IMG/VR virus record: IMGVR_UViG_3300025759_008281
Span: 1 to 58,433 of that record
Strand: one strand, 5' to 3'
Origin: a virus
Taxonomy: Duplodnaviria > Caudoviricetes
DNA: 58,433 bases
Shown: piece after piece, positions 29,211-37,556 of the stretch
Layout: each line of letters opens with the position of its first letter
Position numbering within the stretch: the stretch's first letter is position 1
The notes under the pieces: model-generated
Told to the model about the DNA's origin: nothing
Seen by the model: only the letters and a program-made list of their open reading frames with translations
The model's database searches: none
Made by a program: the position numbers and the translations under genes

Positions 29211-29456
29211 TTAACCAATAGGATTCTTAGCAAGATGCATGTTGATTTCATCAACAGAAAGATATCCTTGGACATCACTCTCTCTAAAATCATACATCTC
29301 AAACGTTTTCACTCCGTCACCATACAACCCATGACCACCACCAACAATGCTAATGATAGCTTCATCATCATCATTGTATAGTTTCCATTGAGTTGCATTT
29401 GGAACAACAGAATGTGTTTGTTTGCTGAAAGAATCAGGGAATTTAATCTTTTCCAT
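29211..29456 (-). CDS. Hypothetical protein
   Basis: 81-aa ORF with the segment ISIVGGGHGLYGDG..TFEM. Confidence 0.6.
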   Translation of the reverse strand: MEKIKFPDSFSKQTHSVVPNATQWKLYNDDDEAIISIVGGGHGLYGDGVKTFEMYDFRESDVQGYLSVDEINMHLAKNPIG

Positions 29457-29459
29457 AAC

Positions 29460-29639
29460 TTATTCTTTCATACTACACGCAGGTAGTAACATTAAAAAAA
29501 TTATTGTAGGTATTAAGAATACCATAACCATGTCATCATTGTCATTATAGCCAAAATATAATCCATTCAGTGCAAAGAATGCAATAACAGATAAGTTAAG
29601 ACCATATGCAGTTCTAGTCATAAATCTAAAAAACTTCAT
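29460..29639 (-). CDS. Small membrane protein
   Basis: Two hydrophobic helices; start at ATG 29639. Confidence 0.5.
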   Translation of the reverse strand: MKFFRFMTRTAYGLNLSVIAFFALNGLYFGYNDNDDMVMVFLIPTIIFLMLLPACSMKE

Positions 29640-29666
29640 TCTATATAATTTAACTAAACAAAAAAT

Positions 29667-30455
29667 AAAACCTAGCACTACTCGGTTTTAACATCAATGA
29701 CCTACCATCTCTGATAGTTAGCACACGGAAGAGAAAACTTCCTTCATTGACTTTGCCATACTATGATTGACTGCATAGTAACAGAATAGGGTACAGTTGT
29801 TCTACTCTCACATCATCCTATTGGCCTATAGGACTTTGGTTAAGTGTTATATCATCAATGCTGGCACAAAGAATCAATAACCCCTTTCGGGATACACAAA
29901 ACATTTCTGCTTTATGATTAGGCACTTCCAACTAATACCATAAGTGTTTGGGTATCTCACCCTTGTCCAGTTCTCTTTTTAGTTTAGAACTTAGCATTTT
30001 ACGTCTTACTAGGATAATCACTCAAATCCCTAACTTTATATGCAACCACGTATTACTTGCAGGCAATACTCTTTACATATAACACTGATAGTTTTAGTGG
30101 TCTGCAAACCCTTTGTACTATCCACCCTTGTGTGCAACTGCTCCCCTTACAAGAAAGGTACTGATTACACGGTGTTCTGTATATTTCTCACTATAGTTCA
30201 ACATCTATAGTTTATACTCCCTACAGCATGGGAGTTGATATGTTATACTCAGACATATTGTAACATAACAAAGCAACATGAATTTTATCTACAGTTTTTA
30301 GTGTGGTGTAGACAATGATCCCACAATATTTAAGGCAGTTTTATATGATTACCTATAAGCATAGAGTTTTGCAACATCCAGGTTCTCTCCTGTGCCTACA
30401 ACTTATAGGGTAGGATTCTTCCACTAGTTTTAAGTGCTAATGAAGACCAAGTACA
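29667..30455 (-). ncRNA. Candidate large structured non-coding RNA (~780 nt)
   Basis: No credible ORF. More than 12 hairpins, a CCC-GAAA-GGG tetraloop on the minus strand, a 10-bp long-range complement, upstream TATATTTA and a terminal hairpin plus T-tract. Confidence 0.65.
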
Positions 30456-30615
30456 CACTAAATATAAAAATATTAATCATCATCATTATAATGACGTTTA
30501 AGATTCTCTCTATCTTCCTCCTCACACTGTTGACAAATATGAAATTCATCACAAGTGCAAGTTAAGGAAGGATCTATACTATACAGATCCATCCTATCAT
30601 TTGCTTCTTCAAAGG

Positions 30616-30819
30616 TCATACCATCTCTTTTAGTTCTAACTCACATTGAGTTACTTGATCTGATAAATAACTTACTATATCCTCTAAAGCATAAAGAGGC
30701 ATATCATATTCTTCAATACACTCTTTGTCACCACTAACACTTGCAAGTGCTTTCTTATTAATACTAAGTAAGTTCTTATACTTAGCTAACTGCTTCTCTA
30801 ATTTTATAAAGTCTTTCAT
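30616..30819 (-). CDS. Hypothetical protein
   Basis: 67-aa ORF. Confidence 0.55.
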   Translation of the reverse strand: MKDFIKLEKQLAKYKNLLSINKKALASVSGDKECIEEYDMPLYALEDIVSYLSDQVTQCELELKEMV

Positions 30820-30859
30820 AATTCTATTTTTTAAACAAGTAAAGTAATCAAATAGAACA

Positions 30860-31189
30860 TTACCAATACTGGTAACGTTCTACTGTTTTCCACTCAGGAT
30901 TAACACTAGCCAACCACTGAACATGGTTTAACACTTTAACCTCTTCTTTAAAGACTTCTGTTAATACAGAAGGTTTCTTTTTTGAAAGATCATCCATAGT
31001 ATCAAACGTTCCAATGTACTCATTCTCTTCATCAATGAATGTGTACTTAGACCACATATGGTTAGCACTAATACCCATAGGAGATCTATACTTCTTGTAT
31101 AACTCCATAGTAATAGCACTATCTGTTCCTGTTAGACATCTTGATGATTTTGTTTCATCAATGTCTGTTCTCATAATTAATATCTTCAT
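30860..31189 (-). CDS. Hypothetical protein
   Basis: 109-aa ORF preceded by TCTAAATTTTGTGTC. Confidence 0.65.
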   Translation of the reverse strand: MKILIMRTDIDETKSSRCLTGTDSAITMELYKKYRSPMGISANHMWSKYTFIDEENEYIGTFDTMDDLSKKKPSVLTEVFKEEVKVLNHVQWLASVNPEWKTVERYQYW

Positions 31190-31199
31190 GACACAAAAT

Positions 31200-31313
31200 T
31201 TAGAAAGAGGTGAACAAATTAAGATTCTTGATTACTTTCTCACCTTCTTCATTAAGGTAAGTGACAGTGTAATCTCCATTACTGTCTGCTGAGGTTTGAG
31301 ATATGAATTCCAT
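31200..31313 (-). CDS. 37-aa hypothetical protein (not in ORF track)
   Basis: MEFISQTSADSNGDYTVTYLNEEGEKVIKNLNLFTSF, preceded by TCTAAATTTTGTGCA. Confidence 0.5.
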   Translation of the reverse strand: MEFISQTSADSNGDYTVTYLNEEGEKVIKNLNLFTSF

Positions 31314-31524
31314 TGCACAAAATTTAGATTCCGGATACCAATATAGTAATCTTCCTATATAAGAACACATAAGAGAGAAACATAACCATAAACTACTAAC
31401 AGTTTTAGTAACTGCTATAATTATTAGCTATATATATTGTTAATCCAATTAAAGAAAAAATAGTGTGTGCTATTGTTATGATATGGGTAAATAAGGTCTC
31501 ACATAATAACAGTAACACACAACA

Positions 31525-31675
31525 AAATAAAAAAAGGGTAACCTAAATCCTGTGTAAAGGTGTTAACCTCAGCCCATTTCAGGGTTATACTAGGATTTAG
31601 TAGCAAGCTATAGTAACAATAACTAGTAACTATACTTGGTGTCAAGTGCAGCACCTGGTTTACCAGGTAGAAGTA
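31525..31675 (-). ncRNA. Candidate small structured RNA or complex 3' UTR / terminator
   Basis: Four consecutive stems followed by a T-tract on the minus strand. Confidence 0.4.
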
Positions 31676-31677
31676 GA

Positions 31678-32004
31678 TTACACTACTTCCACCCAGTACA
31701 GACCAGACTCTGAACCATCCTCTTTGAGGACTGGCTCATGAGTCATTCTGAACCCAGGCATTTCTTGGCCTTGTTCCAAGCCAGAGAAATTCTGGTGCAT
31801 CTTTGAGTTGGCTTTACTCACTTGACCAGTTTCTGGATCACGTGGAGTGAAGACACCAAAGGTTGCACTTGAACCTCTTGAGCCAACTTCAAAACCTAAT
31901 GTGTCATTAGTTTTGATTGCTGTAAGAGGTTTGTCAGAAGTAATTACTGAGATGTTTCCAGTAGATGTTTTTCTGACCTTGTAAAAGTAAACTGAATTTG
32001 CCAT
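31678..32004 (-). CDS. First gene of the leftward (early) arm, hypothetical
   Basis: Start set to ATG 32004 (MANSVYFYK), after the TCTAAATTTT motif. Confidence 0.65.
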   Translation of the reverse strand: MANSVYFYKVRKTSTGNISVITSDKPLTAIKTNDTLGFEVGSRGSSATFGVFTPRDPETGQVSKANSKMHQNFSGLEQGQEMPGFRMTHEPVLKEDGSESGLYWVEVV

Positions 32005-32176
32005 TTTATAAAAATTTAGAGTTAATATTGTGTGGGGGTATCCCACTGTCAAAAAGTAGCCGGGGAGCAGAATTGTAGGACCCAACAAAAACTTAACACA
32101 CACAATTTTTATTTTAGGGAGGGGTATGAAAAATGTGTGATCAAGTGGGGGGGTTAATTGAAAAATTATGATTTTA

Positions 32177-32187
32177 TTTGTATATTA
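32177..32187 (+). promoter_or_regulatory. Repeated TTTGTATATTA putative late promoter
   Basis: The identical 11-mer also occurs at 33814, 54474 and 55789, each intergenic and upstream of a + gene. Confidence 0.6.
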
Positions 32188-32210
32188 ATGTATAAGCAAA
32201 TGTATTAGTT

Positions 32211-32549
32211 ATGGCAGATGATTTTTTTGAAGGAACTGATTATGATGATTTGTCAGACCATGAAAAAGAAATGGCAGAACAAAAAATAATTGCTGATGCC
32301 TTTGAGAACTCATATAGGGTTATAACTAAGAAGACAACATTTGAGGATCTACTGGATGAGATGGCAAAAGGTCAGATTAGTGCTGCATTGATGGCACACA
32401 ATCCAGATGAGAATCCTAAGTTAGAAATATTAGAGAATATGATCTTGCATTTTAGTTCTCCTGACTATGAAGAGTATGAGAAGTGTGTTGAGTTGAGAAA
32501 TGAGATGAATAAGTTGTATCCTGAAACCATTGGAAAATTAATATTGTAA
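32211..32549 (+). CDS. Acidic hypothetical protein with a UVR-like C-terminal motif
   Basis: EEYEKCVELRN. Confidence 0.6.
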   Translation: MADDFFEGTDYDDLSDHEKEMAEQKIIADAFENSYRVITKKTTFEDLLDEMAKGQISAALMAHNPDENPKLEILENMILHFSSPDYEEYEKCVELRNEMNKLYPETIGKLIL

Positions 32550-32764
32550 TGCCACCACGTAAAAAGACATCAACCAAGAAGAGTACTGCTAAGAAGAAGA
32601 GTACAGTAAACTCAGCTGGGAATTACACTAAGCCTACACTTAGAAAAAGATTATTTAGTCAGATTAAAGCCGGGAGCAAAGGAGGTAAACCTGGACAGTG
32701 GTCTGCACGTAAAGCACAAATGTTAGCTAAGAAATATAAAGCCTCTGGAGGAGGATATAAGTAA
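32549..32764 (+). CDS. Small basic protein, DUF5872-like N-half
   Basis: YTKPTLRKRL...KGGKPGQWSARKAQMLAKKYKASGGGY. Confidence 0.7.
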   Translation: MPPRKKTSTKKSTAKKKSTVNSAGNYTKPTLRKRLFSQIKAGSKGGKPGQWSARKAQMLAKKYKASGGGYK

Positions 32765-32881
32765 TGGGTATAGTTGAAAGGATTATGGCTGCCAATACAA
32801 AGAAGTATGGCAAAATATGTAAGAATGAGGATTGTAGAATGCATGAAGTATTCTGTAGATGTAAAAGTAAAACCGTAGAAT

Positions 32882-33040
32882 ATGGCAAAGAAGAGAGTAA
32901 AAGCACCAGCCGGATACCACTGGATGAAGAAAGGAACTAAGTATATATTAATGAAGCATCCTGGAACTTTCGTACCTCATAGAGGGGCAAGTCTGTTTGC
33001 TCCATTTGATGTAATGAAAAAACATAAAAAGAATGGCTAA
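32882..33040 (+). CDS. 52-aa basic protein (not in ORF track)
   Basis: MAKKRVKAPAGYHWMKKG...; overlaps the start of the next gene. Confidence 0.55.
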   Translation: MAKKRVKAPAGYHWMKKGTKYILMKHPGTFVPHRGASLFAPFDVMKKHKKNG

Positions 33041-33275
33041 GAAGAAACAACAGAAAAGCTTGGACAGGTGGACTAAACAGAAATGGAGAACTGCTTCTGG
33101 TAAAAAGTCATCTGAAACTGGGGAAGCCTATGCCCCAGCAAAGACTATAGCAAAGCTTAAAAGTACTGCAGCAGGTAGAAAAAAACTAGCAGCAGCTAAT
33201 AAGAAAAAAAGAGCAGCTACCAAGAAAGGTAAGCAACATGCTAAACATGGTTTACATAAAGGAAAGAAAAGATGA
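33033..33275 (+). CDS. Small basic protein, DUF5872-like C-half
   Basis: QKSLDRWTKQKWRT...GEAYAP; very Lys-rich. Confidence 0.65.
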   Translation: MAKKKQQKSLDRWTKQKWRTASGKKSSETGEAYAPAKTIAKLKSTAAGRKKLAAANKKKRAATKKGKQHAKHGLHKGKKR

Positions 33276-33793
33276 GTAATTTTTTACAAGATATTATGGG
33301 GATGCTTTGGAAGAAGCAAAGAGTGTCACCCAAGAGAGATGATATTATTGGTATTGGAAGATATCTAAGCAAAGAGGAAAAGGTAAAGCCTAAACCTCAG
33401 ATCACTACTAAGGTGATAACCTTAGCAGATCTTAAAACGTTTGTAAGCACTGAGGGGCTTGTCACTCTAAAGCCGTATAATCTTATAGCTGGGGCTGGAG
33501 GATCTTCAACAATGCCTAGTAATTATAATTTGATTGACATATCTTGGGATGGTCTTGGGAATGGAACGTATGTTCTTAATTTACCACCAGCACCATCCTT
33601 ACCATATAGAAACATCAGAATCATTACAGATGGTAGCTTAGATAATGGTGCACAGGATAAGATTCAACTTACAGCAGCTCCAGGAGATAGTATAGATGGT
33701 GCAGCTGATTTTGAAATTTCTAAGAGATATGAAGGTGTATCTATTTGGTCTGATGGTACAGAGTGGATTGTGATACAAGCAAAAGCACATTAA
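33272..33793 (+). CDS. Putative virion fibre/decoration protein
   Basis: C-terminal LNLPPA...DSIDG...SIWSDGTEWIV module typical of fibre proteins. Confidence 0.55.
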   Translation: MSNFLQDIMGMLWKKQRVSPKRDDIIGIGRYLSKEEKVKPKPQITTKVITLADLKTFVSTEGLVTLKPYNLIAGAGGSSTMPSNYNLIDISWDGLGNGTYVLNLPPAPSLPYRNIRIITDGSLDNGAQDKIQLTAAPGDSIDGAADFEISKRYEGVSIWSDGTEWIVIQAKAH

Positions 33794-33813
33794 TTTTCAA
33801 ATCTAGCTAAGTT

Positions 33814-33824
33814 TTTGTATATTA
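33814..33824 (+). promoter_or_regulatory. TTTGTATATTA putative late promoter
   Basis: Copy of the repeated motif upstream of the fibre gene. Confidence 0.6.
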
Positions 33825-33885
33825 TAATATAGAGCTAGTAAACAAGTATGCCCTGCATACATTATAAACAATTAAAAAATAAACA

Positions 33886-36099
33886 ATGGTTCCTTATAGA
33901 CAGAGAGTCCAGGCCTACCTGACCAAGAGTGTAGATAGCCTATTCCGTACAATACAATTCTCTAACGGTGTTGTTAGAGCAATGGATAAAGTTGTATTAT
34001 CAGATTTAAAAGATGTATCAAACACAGCACCAGGAGATGGTGATGTTTTAGAATGGAGTGCAGCCCAAGGTAAATGGGTTCCTGGTCCAGGTGGGGGAGG
34101 AGTGATTCCAACTTTACAACAAGTAATGGATCAAGGAGCTGCCTATTCAGGAACTAATAACTTTAGCATGGCTTCTGCAACAAGTAATGTTACAGACCAA
34201 GGGTTTAATTTAGCTCTAGGAAATGCTAGTGGAAGTTTATCATCTGCCTCTGTATATGCAGCACAATCATTACACCATTTATCTACAGGAACGTCAGGAA
34301 CTGCAGAATTGGTTTTAGATGCTAACGGATCTGTAGACTTAAATTGGAAGAGTGGAGCTAATGCTAGTGGATTTACTATTGACGGAACCCAAATGCTAGT
34401 TACAGATGCTAATAACACTAAAGGATTAGAATATGCAGGAGCTTATAAAGGATTTTTCACTACTCATTCATTAGTAGATAAGGATTACGTAGATACTCAA
34501 ATAACAGGAATACCTGGTTTAGCTATTGGAAATCCTATTACTGGAGGAGGAGCTAATAGAATTCTTTATCAAAATTCAAGTCAGCTATTGACATCAGATG
34601 ACGATTTGTTATTTGATGGACTAGGGTTTGCTTTACATACAGCTATTGATAGTAATAAAGCAATGAGTTTGAATGGAGGTATTTCTTCACATTATACTAC
34701 TTTATATGTTCAACAAGGAAGTTCAGGTACTGCAAATAGATATGCTATTGAAGCTGTTGGTATTGCTGGACATGCATTTGACTCTGTAGGTATTAAATCC
34801 ACTGCTCAAAATACAAGTACAGGAGATGCTATTGCAGGAGAATTTTCTGCAACTGCACCTACAGGTTCAGGAAATGCTTATGGTATTAAAGTAACATCCT
34901 CTAATGTAGGTACTGGAATAGCTTATGGTATTTACCAATCAGGGACTACGGCTATAAACTATTTTGCTGGGCAATTAAAACTTGGTCACACTGCAGGAAC
35001 AGCAGGTCAGTTTTTAAAATCAGCAGATACAGCAGGTAATGCTGTGTGGGCTGACGTTCCAGCAGGTGCTACAAGTATTGGTGAATTATCAGATGCTGCT
35101 ACACCTGCAACAGACAATGTAGGATTAGGTAGTGGTGCTTTAAGTTCTATAACAACAGGAGATTACAACGTTGCTGTAGGTGTTAATGCAGGTTTAGGAG
35201 CATTAGGTGCTTCAAGAAATGTATTTATTGGTAATGATGCAGGCCGAAATGTTACAGGTAGAACAGATTGTGTAGCTGTTGGTGAAGGAGCTATGGGTGT
35301 AGGTACAGGAGGAAACACAAATATAGCTGTTGGTGCTAATGCTTTAAGTGGAGTTACTGGACAAGGTAACGTAGCAATGGGAAACTCAGCAGGTTCTAGT
35401 ATTACATCTGGAGGATTCAGTCTTTTTCTAGGACGTAATGCCAATGGGGTTAATACTCAATCATACCAAATTGCAATTGGTACAAGTGTAGTAACAACAC
35501 AAGCAAGTTCATTAGCTTTAGGTAGATCTGGTAGAATTTTATTACACGGAGAGTTTGCAACTGCTGGTAGAACTAAATTAGGTGTAAACTTAGGTAATAC
35601 ATACGTTACTCCAACAGCTAACTTACATGTAAAAGGTAATGCAAGTGATCCTACTACTTTTTTAGTGCAAAATGGTGCAGGTAGTAGTATACTACAAGCA
35701 AATCAAAACGGTAATATAGGTATTGGTAATAATACACCAACTGAAAAGTTAGATGTTAGTGGTAATTTAAAAGTAGATGGTCAAGCATATTCCTCTACAC
35801 ATACATTGACAGCAGGGGCTACAGTAACACCTGACTTTGATAACGGTAATGTACAAACAGTTACATTAGATCAAGCTACTACACTAGGTAACCCTACAAA
35901 CCTTAAAGATGGAGCAACATATATAGTTATAGTAAAACAACCAGCAGCAGCAAATCACACATTGGCATTTGGAACAGCTTATAAGTTTGAAGGTGGAACT
36001 GCACCAACAATAACAGCAGCTAATGGTGCAACTGATGTACTTACTTTTGTAAGTGATGGTACTAACCTATACGGAGCAGCAGCATTAAATTTTAGTTAA
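33886..36099 (+). CDS. Tail/capsid fibre adhesin
   Basis: Gly/Ser/Ala-rich; YadA-like NVAVG/NIAVG repeats; GNIGIG..TPTEKLDVSG motif. Confidence 0.75.
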   Translation: MVPYRQRVQAYLTKSVDSLFRTIQFSNGVVRAMDKVVLSDLKDVSNTAPGDGDVLEWSAAQGKWVPGPGGGGVIPTLQQVMDQGAAYSGTNNFSMASATSNVTDQGFNLALGNASGSLSSASVYAAQSLHHLSTGTSGTAELVLDANGSVDLNWKSGANASGFTIDGTQMLVTDANNTKGLEYAGAYKGFFTTHSLVDKDYVDTQITGIPGLAIGNPITGGGANRILYQNSSQLLTSDDDLLFDGLGFALHTAIDSNKAMSLNGGISSHYTTLYVQQGSSGTANRYAIEAVGIAGHAFDSVGIKSTAQNTSTGDAIAGEFSATAPTGSGNAYGIKVTSSNVGTGIAYGIYQSGTTAINYFAGQLKLGHTAGTAGQFLKSADTAGNAVWADVPAGATSIGELSDAATPATDNVGLGSGALSSITTGDYNVAVGVNAGLGALGASRNVFIGNDAGRNVTGRTDCVAVGEGAMGVGTGGNTNIAVGANALSGVTGQGNVAMGNSAGSSITSGGFSLFLGRNANGVNTQSYQIAIGTSVVTTQASSLALGRSGRILLHGEFATAGRTKLGVNLGNTYVTPTANLHVKGNASDPTTFLVQNGAGSSILQANQNGNIGIGNNTPTEKLDVSGNLKVDGQAYSSTHTLTAGATVTPDFDNGNVQTVTLDQATTLGNPTNLKDGATYIVIVKQPAAANHTLAFGTAYKFEGGTAPTITAANGATDVLTFVSDGTNLYGAAALNFS

Positions 36100-36116
36100 A
36101 ATATAAAAATAAAACA

Positions 36117-36437
36117 ATGGCATTATTAATTTCAAAATCAGAAACAGCATCATTAACTATTGAAGGAACCTCTATTGGTTTAGATAGTGTTTATGCAAGA
36201 ATTAGTCTCTCAGCAAACCAAGATGGTGTAGGAATGCAAGTTGTTCCTTATCACTATGAAAGTTTAGCAGCATTTGATGCAGGAGCAGCACCATTAAGTA
36301 TTGTAGGCATGGAGCCTGATTATCTTTTTAATGCTGATTTAGCAGCAGGAGAGACACAAACTATTTTATTAGCATCAGAAAAAGTTAAAGCTTCTTTAGA
36401 AGCAAAAGGATATACAGTAGAAATTGTAGAATTATGA
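36117..36437 (+). CDS. Hypothetical protein (possible fibre chaperone)
   Basis: Directly follows the fibre gene. Confidence 0.55.
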   Translation: MALLISKSETASLTIEGTSIGLDSVYARISLSANQDGVGMQVVPYHYESLAAFDAGAAPLSIVGMEPDYLFNADLAAGETQTILLASEKVKASLEAKGYTVEIVEL

Positions 36438-37279
36438 TAACATTCCCAACATCATTATATGCCGGAGGTGATTCTGGTGGAGGAGGTTATACCCCTCCTC
36501 AAACGGATTTAGTAAGTGATTGGAATCCTGTTGCTGCTACCTTACAAAATTCTTCTAGTGGTGCAATAGCTGATGGAGAATTAGTTAGTAGATGGGATGA
36601 CAGCAAAACAGGCTCTAGTTTATACATGGACCAAGGTAGTAATGCAGCTATGCCTGAATGGTTTGAATCAGATTCTAATAGAAATAATAAACCATATATA
36701 AGGTTTAATAGAAATGCAAGTGGTAGTAGTACTGGAGTTACATGGCTTCAAACTAGCAGTCAATTTGCCTATGATGATTCAAGAATGACTTTTTATTTAG
36801 TAATTGATTATGACTCTAATACAGAGTCTTATACTGATGTATTTACTAATACTATTGATTCTGGATGGGATGAAGGTTTTAGTATTCATTCTCAATCTGC
36901 TGGAAGTATTCATGGATCTGTTGCAAGTTGGGCAAGCAATGATGTTACAATAAAATCTTCTTTTTCAAGCCCTAGAGTTATTGTTTATAAATTTAGAACA
37001 GGAACAACACCTTATTCTAATAGAGGAGGTTATACATTTGGTAGTAGTGTAACATGGAATAGTGATTCAAGTACTACTAATATGAACCAACCTAGACAGA
37101 ATTTAGGATCAAATTATTCTAGAGCTCTTTTAGGAACTGGTAGAAACAGCAGTGGTAATTTACCTTACTACGGTATGGGATTTAATTTGTATAGAATGCT
37201 GATATATGATGAGAATCATACAGATGCAGAATCTGAAGCAATCATGGCTGATTTAAAAGCAGAATATAATACTTTATAA
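36434..37279 (+). CDS. Lectin/LamG-like fibre-associated protein
   Basis: DGELVSRWDD...PYIRF...MTFYLV...MLIYDE...LKAEY, a concanavalin-like pattern. Confidence 0.5.
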   Translation: MITFPTSLYAGGDSGGGGYTPPQTDLVSDWNPVAATLQNSSSGAIADGELVSRWDDSKTGSSLYMDQGSNAAMPEWFESDSNRNNKPYIRFNRNASGSSTGVTWLQTSSQFAYDDSRMTFYLVIDYDSNTESYTDVFTNTIDSGWDEGFSIHSQSAGSIHGSVASWASNDVTIKSSFSSPRVIVYKFRTGTTPYSNRGGYTFGSSVTWNSDSSTTNMNQPRQNLGSNYSRALLGTGRNSSGNLPYYGMGFNLYRMLIYDENHTDAESEAIMADLKAEYNTL

Positions 37280-37280
37280 T

Positions 37281-37556
37281 ATGATTAGATTAATTGTTAA
37301 AGATACTAAAGAAGAATTAAGGGTTGTTGAGCAAACTATAGCAGATGTTATAAATAACGGAAAGCCTTATCTACTGGAAGAAAACTGGTTGCAAAATATT
37401 TCTAATCCTAATAAATGGGCTATATGGGTAAATACACATTGGGAAAATGAAATAAAATCAGCAATAGGTCAAGAGGCTTGGGATAACTGTATAGAAATAG
37501 AAAATCAAGATCCAGATTGGTTTGAGCCAAAATCTCTTACAAAATTAGATAATTAA
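37281..37556 (+). CDS. Hypothetical protein
   Basis: 91-aa ORF, Trp-rich. Confidence 0.55.
   Translation: MIRLIVKDTKEELRVVEQTIADVINNGKPYLLEENWLQNISNPNKWAIWVNTHWENEIKSAIGQEAWDNCIEIENQDPDWFEPKSLTKLDN

Noticed and set aside
29667-30455. tRNA, tmRNA, CRISPR array or group II intron as the explanation for the non-coding stretch
   Set aside because: I see no T-loop/cloverleaf, no regularly spaced direct repeats, no domain V motif and no interrupted host gene. A covariance-model search is still needed.
33886-37279. Diversity-generating retroelement targeting the fibre genes
   Set aside because: No reverse transcriptase and no template/variable repeat pair is visible in this window.
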